Positions 13,775-27,736 of a stretch of DNA of 64,000 nucleotides are shown here, in pieces. The stretch lies in NCBI GenBank assembly GCA_002633005.1, contig NMRA01000136.1:438215-502214 (forward strand), in the 5' to 3' direction. Source of the stretch: Phoronis australis. Lineage: Eukaryota; Animalia; Phoronida. Position 1 is the first letter of the stretch. Each line of letters opens with the position of its first letter. Position numbers and translations under genes: made by a program. The notes beneath the pieces are model-generated. The model saw nothing but the letters and a program-made list of their open reading frames with translations. It made no database searches and was not told the DNA's origin.

Positions 13775-13949
13775 GTCAGCTTTCTTCTTCTTCTGTGGAG
13801 AGAAGCGTACACAGGTGAAGGCGGAGAACCCTAGCTTCTCGGTTGGTGAAATTGCCAAGAGGCTGGGCGAATACTGGCGCAATATGTCCGAGGAAGACCA
13901 GAAGGTATACCAGGAAATGCACAATAAGGACAAGTCTCGCTACGACAAG
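13775..13949 (+). CDS. HMGB: HMGB coding exon 3 (HMG box B)
   Basis: SAFFFFCGEKRTQVKAENPSFSVGEIAKRLGEYW...DKSRYDK; 175 nt, phase 2 in, phase 0 out. Confidence 0.95.
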
Positions 13950-14117
13950 GTTAGTATTTATAGAAATATTTGCAGACATGTGTAGGCCACTCGGATGGAC
14001 CCATTGCATTTATCACCCGAAACAATTTGTATGCTTTATTAATAAATAAATTTGTTATTCTTAATCTTATTAATATATATAATTATAAACTGAGCTGATT
14101 CAAGAATCTATCAGTGT

Positions 14118-14192
14118 GTCCCAGTGGAATTCTAACCCATGACCTTGAGTAAAGGAAGCGCACACTTATCCCACTGGGCCACACTGCCTCCT
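14118..14192 (-). mobile_element. tRNA-derived SINE head
   Basis: Minus strand has A box TGGCCCAGTGG and degenerate B box GGTTAGAATTCC at tRNA spacing; no complete cloverleaf. Confidence 0.55.
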
Positions 14193-14865
14193 CTTGACAA
14201 GGTCAGTAGATTTTACAAGTTTTCTGCAGACAACCCCAGGGCATTTATTAAAAAAATACCAGTTTAGGGACGTGGCAGATACCCACTCGGGTGTAACAGT
14301 ACTGTAGCTGGAGCAGAAACTGAGATAAGAAAAGTCTGTCACTACTCATTAATACAGGATTGTTCGTACAGGTAGGAGTTTATTGTTGAACACGTTTTCA
14401 ACTGTGGTTTTGGTGTCCATTTCCTATGAGTCTGAGAAAGTTTTAGGATTCAACCGGGCATATTGTTTCCCAAAAAATTTCTTTAAAACGTCCACTGGGC
14501 ATATCTAAAGATGGGCAGATGTTGCTGCAGAGAACTCTGGTAAGGTTAGAAAAATATCTCATTGATACGTTTTAGTGATATTTTTATCAAAGCACCTAGA
14601 AATGTACGTATTGATGTGAATATGTACAGAGGTTGGGAACTTGGGTTATCCGCTTAAACATGTTTTATTTTCACTTAATAGAGAATACTTATAGTTTGTG
14701 ACCTGTGGTCCGTTCGTTTTATGAAGAGTGTGACTTAATAGAGAGTTGGTTTTGTGCTCCACACAACTATTTCTGAAAAATAATTGAATCTCACCTAAAC
14801 AAAAGTGTGAAGTGTCTGAGAATAAACACATAACTGCTAATTATTGAGATAATGTCTCTAAGTTT

Positions 14866-15164
14866 TTTTCTAGACTGCTATGCGCTCACATGATATCTTG
14901 ACTATACTTTTCTAGACTGCTATGTGCTCACATAATATCTTGACTATACTTTTCTAGACTGCTATGCGCTCACGTGATATCTTGGCTATACTTTTCTAGA
15001 CTGCTATGCGCTCACATTATATCTTGACTATACTTTTCTAGACTGCTATGTGCTCACATTATATCTTGACTATACTTTTCTAGACTGCTATGCGCTCACA
15101 TGATATCTTGGCTATACTTTTCTAAACTGCTATGCGCTCACATGATATCTTGACTATACTTTTC
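14866..15164. repeat. 42-bp minisatellite, ~7 copies
   Basis: TTTTCTAGACTGCTATGCGCTCACATGATATCTTGACTATAC repeated at 42-bp period. Confidence 0.95.
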
Positions 15165-15882
15165 AACAATTGTGAATTGGGAGTGTAAGACCAAATTTCT
15201 GTCTTAAGCAGTCAGTCACTTTTCATGAAGCACACCACAGACTTTGTGACCAAACTAGTGATTCCTGTTTAACACTGGTGTTTGCAATTTTGAAGAAGCT
15301 GTTACATTTTAAGTAAACTTTTGTTTATTCTTGGGTACCCTACTTCAAGCTAATGTAAAACAAGTTTGGCTTTGAGATTTCAAAAAATCTAACTCTGACC
15401 CCCACCTACTGCAATAATACAATACTTGCATCGTTAAAAGTATACTATACTATACTATACTTGATTTTGGCCTTAACAGATGTTAGCAATGACTTTCCTA
15501 TCTAGCACTGTAAAATAAGATAATGGTGTTCAACCGTCATCAATTATCAAAGCCAAGAGTCGTGACTAGTGCTCTAGTCACACAACAACTGTGGGGAAAG
15601 TTCAAGGATTCCTCTTATGGATCAGTGAGTAAAAGCTTGTAGTAGAATACTGCTTTCAACATCCAATGTTGCATTAGCAGAGGGCAGAACAAAAAAATGG
15701 TTGAAAACACAAAAACATAGGATTTTGTATCCTTTTAGCTAAATATTTTCTAGTACTTGTGATAAGTTGTGCTTGGATGTCCACTGCTGGATATTTTGAC
15801 TTATAAACTGAGTCTTTTTACTTGTCTTATACACTCATGCCTTAATGAACACATGTTCAAGAGATGGCGCTTCCATCCATAG

Positions 15883-16026
15883 GAAATGGCAGAGTACAAG
15901 AGAGGTGGCGGAGGATCGCCAAGCAAGAAAGCTAAGAAGGGACCACCTCCAAAGGAAGTGTCTGAGGAGGAAGATGAGGAAGAAGAGTCTGAAGAAGAGG
16001 AATCAGAGGATGAAGAGTCTGACTAG
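15883..16026 (+). CDS. HMGB: HMGB coding exon 4 (basic segment and acidic tail, stop)
   Basis: EMAEYKRGGGGSPSKKAKKGPPPKEVSEEEDEEEESEEEESEDEESD*; ccatag acceptor. Confidence 0.92.
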   Translation, partial: EMAEYKRGGGGSPSKKAKKGPPPKEVSEEEDEEEESEEEESEDEESD

Positions 16027-16621
16027 ACAGTCGTGCCCTCTGTTGGTGACGGCATTCAGCGAGCGGGAGTGTGGCGTGCGAAGATTTAGTTAGGCTGATC
16101 TCTTAAACCTGCTTCGTAGTCAAACATACCCATGTAGACAGTCTTGGCTCGTTTGGGTGCGGCGCAGCGACAAGATTTTCGGATGTTACTTGTTGTGTTG
16201 AAGAAATTGATGTTTATGAGAACTAAGCAAAGCACGAAGTGTAATTTAACGGGAACACAGACTGTTTTTTGGAAACCATCATTGTTTGTTCCAAGATATA
16301 TTTGGCTGTAAATAGTTTATGATTAAAGAATAATAGTTGTGGCAGTAACACTGAATTAACATCGAATCGTTGATGGTCAGCATTGTTTTGTATGTAAATG
16401 TTTTATATCTGAAAACACTGGTATTCCAAATGGAGTTGTCTCCCCTTCCTTGAGTTCCAAGCGTATATTATCATGTTCCATAAAAGTTTCATTTTACTGA
16501 GTTTCATGACTTTTCATTGCCTTTATAAACCATGTGTTTTTAGAACAATCTGTGTATTATATATTTTAGTTTTAGTTGAAACGTGTATTCTTTAAACCTA
16601 AATCTAAGAACTTTTATTGAA

Positions 16622-16627
16622 AATAAA
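16622..16627 (+). terminator. Candidate polyadenylation signal for HMGB
   Basis: AATAAA ~600 nt after the stop, followed by T/GT-rich sequence. Confidence 0.5.
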
Positions 16628-19600
16628 GTTGTGCTAAACTTCTGAATTATTTCTGTTATGTCATCACAACTTTTCCAATAACTCTTTCAAGAGTTGTAAA
16701 TGGACTACCTTGAAGGAGGCAGTAATGAAGGAAGCACTGGTTAATTTGGGTGCTATGATTGGTTTTGAGCATCACTGTGAGCACACTGTGGAGTTGGTTT
16801 CTCATCATAACCCATTCAATACAAATACAGTTTAACTTGGTTACACCCCATAATAATGGACTTCCGAAATCTTGTTTTGTTAAAACATAGTTCGTTGCAA
16901 CGAGAATAGACTGACATACACCAGGAAAAACTGGGCTTGGAAGTTCGTAAGTTCTTGCTGTTAATGTTTCAAACAGGGTTCGTGTACAGAGCTTTCGTTC
17001 TGTGTTCTCGGGAGGACACAATATTGCGCAAAAAGGTTTTTTCCCTTACTTTAACAGTCTTGTGTTTGAGTGATTAATCATTATTTCGTACTTTGCTTAA
17101 GGATTCTGGGGCTATCTATTCAGCCTCATATAATGCATCTAAAATTTCAAAAAACACTCGCTCGTTCCCTGCCTAAATACTAGATGACGTGGCAGCTATT
17201 TACTAAGGGACTGATGAGTCTCGAGTTGATCCTCGTTGGTTCCTAGGCAATTACATCGCCCTGGATGACGCAGGAATGCAGGGGCCCCTATATGGCCAAC
17301 CGAGGGGCTACGTGTTGCCTAGCTGGTTCCCTGCGTGCTTAGCCCAGCCAGCATCACATAGCGGCACGCAGGGAACCAGCGAGGAAGTTAACCCGGCCTC
17401 CTCTCTTGATTTCCGTAAGAACACTGAAGTGGGGAGAAAATATTCTATCAAATGTTGAGTCATTCTATATGATGTGGTCTACAGGTTGACTAAAATGTTA
17501 TTGGTTCTGGTCGGTCATTCTCCATCATTTTAAAATGTCTTCGTTAGCTCAACAAGGGCATTAGGAGTCGGTAGGAACGGGGTGTATTTTCACGTCTGAC
17601 ACGGCATAACTATCTTTTAATAAATATTTTATGAGAATTTATTTGCTTGAGACATTGACTCGCGAAGTCTATGCCTGAGGAGATAGTGACTGAAAAAGAT
17701 GGTCTGCATTTCATACCATATATTGCCATTTTCCGAACCCCGGGAAGCAGTCACCAGACATGATGATAAAAATTTTCTCTAGTATCAATCTGCATCTCAG
17801 TTCACTGAAGCATCGTGAACTTATAAGATTAGTTTTTTATTTAAAAAATCGTCTATGTATCAGTCGATTTTTGTTGATACATAAACATTTAAATCAGAAA
17901 CAACGAACCCTGGCAGGTTATCAGACAGAAGAAAATAACATTGCCATGTTGGGCCGTCACATGGTAACACAAGAGAAAACAAAGGCCCCCCATGGAATTC
18001 CCGAAGACACGTGTGCAGATACTTGACGGGAAACCGGGAGAGCAAGGGTCGACGGAAAGTAGAGCACGGAGAGCACGGGAGACTGAAAGTAGACAGTAAT
18101 AGGGAGATGAGAGAAGCATTGGTTGTTACCAAATGTTCTCACTTGCTCATGTTTTGCTGTGTTTTTCTTTTCTCGATTGTCCCCGATCCAACGTTTATGC
18201 CGACCGCCTCAGTTTCACCACGACGCTTGTAAATTATAGATTATGGGGGGGGGGCACGCGGTAAANAAAAGCAGAAAAGGTGGTGGTTTAGCATTACTTT
18301 TTCGTTAGAACAAACCGGTAATCTGACCGTATCAAAGTAAGATAACACACGCTGCTTGTATTGGGAAACTAAGTTTGAATGTTCAGTTGATTACGCATTC
18401 TGCATCGTTTTCCAATAGATGGCGCGGTGTCTAAAACAGAGTGTTCTCTGTGTTAGTTCTAATGCCCATTCTCTCAGTGGTTTTCATTAAAGGCCAAAAA
18501 TAGCAGTTGTTTCTTTGAAGAACTAGCGAACTCACGACTACCGCTCGTGTTGTCGATTACTTAAAAAACGAGCAAAATTACATTAAATCATCAATTTTCA
18601 CCTCATAGCCGCCCATTCTCATGTGATTATTATGACTGTACCGAGACATGAGAGTACTCAGTGAACTACCAAAACCCTTCAAATTATAAAAATCAGGTGA
18701 AAAGCCGGCAGTGGGTGCCAACCAGAGAGAAGTTTTACAAATCCGAAGTGTCTGCTGACCGTATTTGAATGTCCTTCTAATTTCAAGATCCATCGATCTC
18801 AGTTACTGAATAAATATTTTTAAAAAATCCACGACTGGCCTGCAAATTATGGGTATAAAGGCGCCAGCAACTAGCATTCTTTGAATCAAGCCAGTCAAAA
18901 ATCAAACAAATTCCATTCATAGCCTTGACAGACAGTACAAAACTCAAAGGGCCAAGCCAACCCAGCAGGCGCCATTTTTTAATGAAATTGTTTGGTAAAC
19001 TCAAACAATTCTAACAAAATTTTAATTGCTACTTGTCAGTGTAACCGTAATGATTACATGACCACTAACCGACTTGGTTTTTAAGAGATTGCGATATAGA
19101 CTGTACTGCCTGTCAAGTTGGGATTCCTCGATCCGTTTGTTTCACACGATTATTTTGTTGGCGCTATTGTCCAAAACAATTCTTGAAAGAATATCCGACT
19201 CTGATGGTAAGGGAATTATAATAACCACTGGAGTGCAGTTGTCATGACTATGTAGCATAAATTGTCGACTTCAGGAAATTTGTTTAATGCTTAAGTCATG
19301 AATTTTATCTATACTCTACACAAATATTTCCGAAAAATAGTTTAATTTTTCTTCAGCGAGTCTTAGGGAAAACATAGTCATAGTTGCAGCCTAAATAAAT
19401 AGTTTGTATAACATGTTGCTATCAACTGCACCTATGTGGTAAAAATTACCTAGAAAGTATTTAGTAATGGCGAAGTTGGAGTGTAAGATTAAAATTTAGA
19501 CTAAACACACTAGGTGACTTTTCATGAAACAGGGCTCCAGAACATGGTTTTCGACACGTCACATGCCCGGATGTAAAATCATTGCCAGAGCGATATGTAC

Positions 19601-22066
19601 CATAAGGACCACATCACGTTCCTCCATTGCAGCGATACTTAAGACCCACTGACACCCTTGGATCCGCGCCAGCATCTCACTCATTTCATTTATAGCAGAA
19701 GAGTGCACGACCCCTGGCGTGGAAAATACGACTAGAGATATCAGATATGCGACCCTACAACTTTTAATAAAGCGGCCATAAACCCACTTTCCATCACAGA
19801 AATCAACTTTTGATTTTGAACAATCACCGTTATGAAATTGGCGTCAATTTGCTCTTTAGTCAAATTGGCGGTGATGTTAGGACTTCGAGACCAGGCTCGT
19901 CAAATTGGCTTGTTACGGCGTGTCATTTTAAACGCCGAGCATAGTCTCAAGGCATAACCAAGTGTCAGCACTTTACAAATTTAGAAATCAGTGTTCATCT
20001 AAGTAAGGAACAAACTGAGACCAATTTTATTGCGACAAGTGGTCTAAATAAAAAATCACTTCTCGGAGGGAACGAGTCTTTATGGCCAAAGGTTTAAAGA
20101 TGCTTTTTGAAGTTAAAATCTTTTAAATGTATTCTAATGCAAACCACACAAGTAAAACCATTTCATAAATAATGCTAAATCAACATCACAGTTACAAAAC
20201 AACGACACAATTTAGACTACTCGCATTTTTCGTTTCGGGATGATAGTTGCCAAATAACCTATAATCTGACAATCTGTGTTGGCATGTGGGTTCCACACCT
20301 AAAAAATAAACCATCACGTAGTTTTGTGGAAAATTTAAATTAAATGCAGAGTGTAACATATTAATCCATATCAAACTAAGTAAAAGTTGCTTCATTGCAC
20401 AGGTTGTTAGGCAAAAATTTGATTTTTAGGGAAACAGTACAGTGATGTAATTTAAAAGATTAGGTAGGACTTTATCCACAGGTCTGTGTTCTTAAACAAA
20501 TTTGAACAACGCTATGGAATTTAACTCAGCAAAAGTACTTTTTCTGAGATAAGAAAGCACGCAGAATTTAAATTTTGGCTTAATGATACACAACCACTTG
20601 GGTCACGTTATCATAAATATCTTTTTATCAAACAAGAAATGCTCATTCTAAGCCAAACGATGACATCAATAACAAGATCAAATTTGTTTTTATTTAAATG
20701 AACAATATAACATCTCAAAGCGCTGTTCTATGTCTTGTAACAACTTTCGGCATGTATAATTCCAATTGTCGTTCGCTTTTTGTACAATAACAGTAAATAG
20801 TAACAAAAATATGACTTAAAGTTATGTAGGGCCTAAAGGCGACCTAAAAGATTTCCCAGTAATGATGACATTGAACGTCTCGGAGAGACAAAGCGACAGA
20901 TCGTCAACTGCTGATTGCATTAGACCCGTATCGAAAAAAGCGGTGTTAAAAGATTTATTAGGAAATGCGGGTTCAACCTAGTCTATTCACGAACATACTG
21001 GTTACGATCACTCGATGTTTCGATGGCCACTACTCGCGTCACGTCTAGCTGTTCACACGGTTGCAACATTGAATGTGGTAAAAACTGCGAGATATGACGC
21101 AAGGTTGCATCACGTGCAGTAGTCACGCACGTTTGTGATATATGTTATTGCCTTTTAATGGCAAAATGTCCGTCATAAATTTTGTTATAGTGCACGCGAC
21201 AGCGAACACGTGTCTGCATGCTCCCTGGGGTAAACCTCTTCACGAGACAAAAATATGTTGCCAAATTATTTTGTCGAAACACTTCTAAAAGGAAAACGCC
21301 AGAGGATGAGCATGAGGTGACGCAACAAACAAGACCATAAGCCTTTTCTATCAAAAGCCAATAATTTTGCAATGTGGTGTCGCAGTGAACCATAAAACTG
21401 TCTAGATGTTTTATGACTGAACAATTTGCAGTTATAGATTGGGTGACACACAAAAGCAAATCGTCTGTGCTATTTACGAGTTTATTTGATAATAATACTT
21501 TTAAACAGGAAATCATGCCGTACTATACAAATGCTACTATACATTGCAATACACACGCATTGGTATGAGAAAGGGTGGGGGGGGGGGAGGGGGAGTTCAA
21601 TGGAATAAATCATTATTAGGGGGAAGGGAAGCACAAACTAATTCGTGATCGATTTCTTCAAACTTTTGCGTCCGCGGACCCAAGTTCAGATAAATTCCCA
21701 TGTCGCCATCGCCTCTGTCTTCCCTGACTGTCGCCAATTTTGTGCTCGGATTTTTGCTGTGAGACGGCCTCGACCTTTTTCTAAGAACATGTATGAATGA
21801 ATATAAGCACGTTTTTAAGTGAGTGTAAACGATCCATGCTACAAGTTTAAAAAATGGGGACGTCTTGCAAATATGTCATGACCATTGACTCGAAAAAATC
21901 AGCACTTGTAGTTAACAAAAGTTCTTTAAATTCGTCTCTCTTCTACACGTTTCGCTCTGTCTTTCTCTTCCCGACTGCCCCTGTCCTTTGCCCTATGCCT
22001 TTGTCGTTCGCCACCCTAACGCCTGCAAATTATTAAGGACCACGTACCCTCTCGGTCCACCCCTCG

Positions 22067-22535
22067 CAATACAGTGCAATATAATAAAATTAGTGGCAGT
22101 ATAATGCAACACAATGCTCTACAATACAATGCAATACAATACAATGTTCTGCAATACAATACAATATTCTACAATACAATGCAATACAATACAACATAGG
22201 CGGATTTAAGGGGGAGGGGGGCAGGGGTGGTGGTGTAGTGGTAAAGCACGCGCGCTCTATCCGCCAGGTCGTGAGTTCGAGTCTGTGGTATTTGCAGTTT
22301 TTCCTGTTTGACACGTTCACTGTGTTTTTTTTGCCTTTTCTTCTTGTATAATACTTCAGGAATCAAGTAAAATGCTTGATTTTTAGAGGAAAAAACAGAA
22401 AAATTTCCTCCCCCCATTCGGTGCTATGCGCATCTACAATCGTGGTTTGCACAAATGCTTGCAGACAAAATGTTGGGCCTCCCTTGTGATATCCTACATC
22501 CGCCACTGTACAATGCAATACAATACAATTCAACA
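22067..22535. repeat. (CAATA)n microsatellite interrupted by a GGCGGAT...ATCCGCC MITE-like element containing a tRNA-derived SINE head
   Basis: CAATA arrays at 22067-22195 and 22510-22535; GGCGGAT at ~22199 and ATCCGCC at ~22498; A box TGGTGTAGTGG and B box GTTCGAGTC at 22230-22285. Confidence 0.6.
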
Positions 22536-25006
22536 TAGCACCCACTGTATAACAGATGTAAAATACATAAGCATTTTGGCATAGGGTACATATACGAGCT
22601 TAAAACCAATATCTTTATAAAAATAAAGACACTGATAACGACAAAAGATACTGCGATATATAAACGGCAACAGACCAATAATCAGATCATGAGGAGGAAC
22701 CTGTTTTAAAATATTTCAAGAAAATTACCGTGTTCCTATTTTCGCATTTTTATACATTAAATTGATACACATGATACAAGACACATTGTATACTTAAACA
22801 CAAAAATAATACAACTTTTGTATTTTCATTCACTCTTCACAATCATTCATAAGTTGAACAAAGCAATATCGAATGTCAAAAAAGGATGGCCACTGTAGTC
22901 TATCTGCTAACAAAACTTGTCAAATAGTAATTTTTGTGCAAATGATTTTCTCAGTTTTGAAGAATCCATTTTTGAATAATTCCAAACACGGCAGCATGCT
23001 CATGTGGTTGATTAATTATTTTTTCTAGATCATGAATACTATGGTTAACAGAAGGTCCCAGGTTCGAGTCACGGTTGTGACAGACTTATATTCATCAGGT
23101 CACGTGATGTGGCCACAAGTGACACGCTGACCAGACTTAAAAAAGTTTGATATATACATTTCCAAGCCGGTTTAAGAATTACAAATTTATATGATTACAA
23201 AATATTAAATCGACAATGTTTCAAAAATTTAGAGTCAACTTTGATTTATGTCCGATCCATCCGTTAAACAAGGTCCAAACATGAAACAAATTCATTTGAC
23301 TGGCAAAAACGTAATATTGAACAGTTCCTCATTACAAATCTAAACAACTTGACACGACCGAAACAGATGAACTAAAAGGAACACAACTGTGAGTCTTTGA
23401 CAGCAATAATGAAAAAAAAACCCTACCTATTACTACTTATTGGAGATTGACATATAACAAATACATGAAACATAAATTGAAAATCGTCACCAGATGGACA
23501 TATCATCATAAAATATTTCAGTCATTACTCAAGAGTTGACCTACTCTTCTTTTGCGGGTCTTGACTGTTGATACATCCAAGTTAATTAGATTTTAGCAAA
23601 TGGTCGTTTGTAAATGTGGTCGCGAAGAAACGACTTAATTGATTGATATTGTTTTTCTTGCATACTAAGCGACCTATCAACTTCTACACAGTGCGGTTTC
23701 CCCGCGCGTGCGTCACACGAGTCGACTAATGTAATCAACCAATCAGAACCTAGTTAAACTACGCATCTGCTAAAAATAGTAAACAATGATTTATATGGAA
23801 TTCGATAAGATCATAAGCTGCTTGATAGGCAGTAATAGAGGGAATTATTTATTGTTAGAATAGTCCAACAGAATACTGTTAATTTATTGTTCTCGGTTTT
23901 GTTTGGATGAAAAATAGAAACTGTTGCGTTCAGTCTCGTCGCAGACGTCCAAAGCCCTGGGGAAAATTTGCAGAGCAAATTTGCGTCCTTCATTCGCGTT
24001 GACAAAACGAGTTAAACATCGCTAGCAACACAGACAGTAGTTTCAACGCCACAAAATTGTAGCGCCAATGCAGTAGGGCGCAGGATTGTACCAAATAGCA
24101 AATTTTCCGCTTACCAAATTGCATGTGTTCTGAAGTTTCATTTGCCTAACCCTAACCCTCAAAAGGTACAGTCAATTATTCTGCGGCTAATACTCTTGTC
24201 GACGGTAAACTTCGTTCTTTTTCATATTTAAAGTTGGCAATAATAAGTAATAAAAGTTGGGGGTAATAAAATAAAATCCATGGTTGAGCGTCTGAATTGT
24301 TTTTAATGAACAATACTGAGGTGATTACAACTTTCATCCGCATGTGAGCCCGCTGTTACAAACGACTATGTTTGGCTTCGCTAATTACTGATCGAAGCCC
24401 CAAAGGTTCTTTTCAATAACTAAGATAGAACGAGCGATTGAGATTTTAATTTGAAGGATTTCTTGTTTTTGTATTGCTTGTCTCTAATTAAACCCATCAG
24501 AGAATTAAATCGTCGCTCTACGATATCGGACGTCGTTCGCGCCGTCTTCGACAGCGTTAGGGAGAATTAATCTGGCAACATTAAACAGACAGTCAGATAA
24601 CCAACTAATGAAGAGATAATTAATTAGATATTAGACAGAGTAAATTAAGTTATAATGATAATTTAATAGCAAGAATGCCATTTTGCAACTCAGTTTTAAA
24701 CACAGTGTTTTTTCTGACGGTGGTTGGACACGTTTTGTTTCGAAGTGACGTATTCCTGTGTTTGTAAATATCTTTATTTTTGCTTTGGTATAGTAGCTGT
24801 CCATTTGATGAGAGATTAAAAAAAAATCTATTGCTATTTCTTATTGCATGTCAATAATCTGATTATATTTTCGCTGGTTATCATTTTGCTTTTCATTTCT
24901 ATTTCTTATCAGATTTTATCCACTCATTTGTAATCAATTAGCCGCATGAAAAATAAAACAAAATTGCTAGTCATCAATTACTAACGGATTAAGCAACTAC
25001 AACTTA

Positions 25007-25009
<3 letters not shown>

Positions 25010-25051
<42 letters not shown>

Positions 25052-25052
25052 A
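25010..25052. repeat. (CTG)n microsatellite
   Basis: About 13 CTG units. Confidence 0.9.
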
Positions 25053-27104
25053 CTATTCAAATTAAGTGCTTTTCTAGAGGAAATGGTCAGTAGGACGTCA
25101 ATTCGGGGACGTCAAGCAACGGACGCTGAAGTTCAAGCCTCATTTTCATTCACCGGGCCTGCGCCAATGCAGCCGGAAACTGGTCATGACCTACGAACCC
25201 AGAAGCAAAAGACAGGACGCTTCTCGAATAACGGGCACACATTAGAGCTATATGTCAAAGTAATCACAAGCATTGCCTCGTAGATAACTGATGATGTCTG
25301 CAATCAATATGCATTTCTAAGTTTCACAAAATCGCTAAATATCCTAGTGACTACCTCGTTGACACTATACGCATTCAGCCTTCGGTTAACGTTTGTTTAA
25401 GTCCGTTATCTAATAAGCCCCGATCCGCCACAACGATCCTCCGTTAATAATGCCGCTTACAATGACTAATTAATGTTAAACTAGACGTGATTACGTTATT
25501 AGGCCACACGCTGGACATTGTTTAGATTGCGCGCTAGATTTGTTTCAAGCATTCTTTGAATGATAAAACAGCCAATTTGCTCTATCATGCGGGTTCGTAA
25601 GAAGATGAGACGATTCAGTTACAGCCACTTCATCGCTAACTTCTGTTTATTACTTCATTGAACGCGTGTCCAAATTCACCGGGAATAAAATGCAATAACT
25701 TTACGTAAACATGGTACCATGAAAAAGACGACGGTTGTGTGCAACTTGGACGTACGCTTTCATTATCGTGCAATCAGATAAAAAGTTCTCAATAGTGAAT
25801 AGTCATTGTTTTGTTTTCCACAACATCCGGTTGGGATTGTTTTCGAGATAAATGATTGCAGGGTACCACAGCTTACCTTTATTTTGACAAACTGTGTCGA
25901 ACCACCATAAATGCAAAACAGATGAAAAAGTATCATGGTAATCTCAAGTGGGAATTTTAAGGAGTCTTGAGAACGTGTTTTAGAAAATTTTGTCTCGAAA
26001 CTGAATTCTGTTTTCTCAATTCAATAAAGGCCCATTACAAATGATAGGTTTGAGAAGAGACACAAATTTGCCCTGCTTATCAAGGTCTTGTCAATCTTCT
26101 ACTAGATGAACATATAACTTGCCAGGTACAAATCGCCATATCGTGCAGGTTCAGTAGCTTTTATCATTTCTTTAGAAAAACAGGAAGATTAGAAGACTTT
26201 ACTCACGAGAAACCCCATACTGAGAGATTCTCTTGAATCCCTACCAGGTGATAAGCGCAATGGATCCATCTATGTAGCCTAAGCACGCCTGATGCACCGC
26301 ACAAGGCACCATACCACCTGCTTTTTTAGTTCTCCATCAGGTCGGATTTGTTTTATCAAAAATCAAAGGTATTAGCTCTGAACAACTGAAAGGTCACAAA
26401 TTTTCTTATACGTCGAATATTTTCTGAAGATAATTTTCATTTAGAATTATGTAAAACACGTAAACAGCCTTTACATTTGTTGCTGCTCACTTGTTTTGCA
26501 TTTAAATAAACAATTGCACACTTCTGAATCTTGAGTAGTAGGTCTATACGCCCATGAGCACTGCCCCGGAAATTGCGTGACTTGTTACCCAAAAACAAGA
26601 TTTGCTATAATTTGTCAAGACTCTAAATCTATATATTACGAGTGGTAACTTTCAAACAGCTCGTTGGTTTACCAAACTTGCATGTTGCAAAGGTGTAAAA
26701 ATTCTGTGAAAGACTTGGTTTAATTGAAAGTGAGATAATATGAAATGTAGGTTATAGCTTGCATTTACTCTATGCTAATTGTAGGCTACAGCTCGACATC
26801 CACTGCCAGCTATCTAAACCGATATAAATGTGTAGGCAGTTTAATGAAATAACATACAATGATAAAGCGACTGTTTTTCGTCTTGTCAACGTGACCCTGC
26901 TAAGCTCTAATTATGATCCAGGGTAATATTTTATTGCGCTAACATTTCAACCGGTGCATTTATAGTTCACGGTAACAAATTTTCTGTTGTCGTACGCTTA
27001 ATAAATTAGACTATTTGTCATTAGTTTAGTCATTCAAAAATTACTAGATAGATGAGGAAGACGAGAGTGCTGATTCTATCGCTGGCAGTGATTATAGTTA
27101 TTCA

Positions 27105-27108
27105 TGAT

Positions 27109-27143
<35 letters not shown>
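27105..27143. repeat. (GAC)n microsatellite
   Basis: GAT/GAC trinucleotide run. Confidence 0.85.
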
Positions 27144-27630
27144 TTACCTTGAAACGAAGAAATTTCGAATAATATTATTGAACCATCTTCGCGAGTGGTC
27201 GTAATTGCTGAATCAACTTCACTAACGACGAGACCGCTAACTGTTTTATTTTGTACGGTGTTAACTACCAACGATACACCAAGATATTAGCTTGATTAGT
27301 GGCGAGCAGTTCTCCATAAACTCTGGAAAAAGGGGCTAAACTAACCACGCTTAGAAGGGCAAGGAGGCGGTCTTTTGTGCTGTCATCAACCAATGAAATT
27401 CCAGGGCAAACTTGTTGCCGGTCAGGCACATGCGCAAACAGAACCCGAGATGATTTTAATCAATTACTTTAACGTCACGTGCCATCAAAGATCTAATTGT
27501 TTTAATGACAATGTTATTATTTCTAAATTAGAAGCAAATTATCCTCACATTGGTATAAATAAGATTCACCGGCGTGTCTCGCAACAATTTTGTTGGTGTC
27601 TCGTGACAGCGACCGAACGTATTCGACAGA

Positions 27631-27736
27631 ATGTCAACGGTAACAAAAGAAATGTTCAGGCCTACGTATCATACCATTGACGAAATTTTGAGAAAGAGGG
27701 AATTGGTTTCAACAACTGAAAGGAATACTACTCCGG
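27631..27736 (+). CDS. PRD-class homeobox gene, probable exon 1 with eh1/octapeptide-like motif
   Basis: MSTVTKEMFRPTYHTIDEILRKRELVSTTERNTTP; HTIDEIL resembles octapeptide HSIDGIL; GTAAGT donor in phase 1 matches the acceptor at 33451. Confidence 0.72.

Noticed and set aside
14866-15164. CRISPR-like array
   Set aside because: Units are contiguous with no unique spacers, there are no cas genes, and the context is a eukaryotic intron
17205-17245. CTGATGAG hammerhead-like box
   Set aside because: A short CGAG/CTCG stem follows but there is no GAAA box or stem I partner
22228-22290. tRNA gene
   Set aside because: A and B boxes present but no acceptor or anticodon stems; better explained as a SINE head
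25078-25283. Possible extra homeobox exon (66-aa ORF)
   Set aside because: No motif and no convincing donor; the exon at 27631 already supplies ATG, octapeptide and the correct phase
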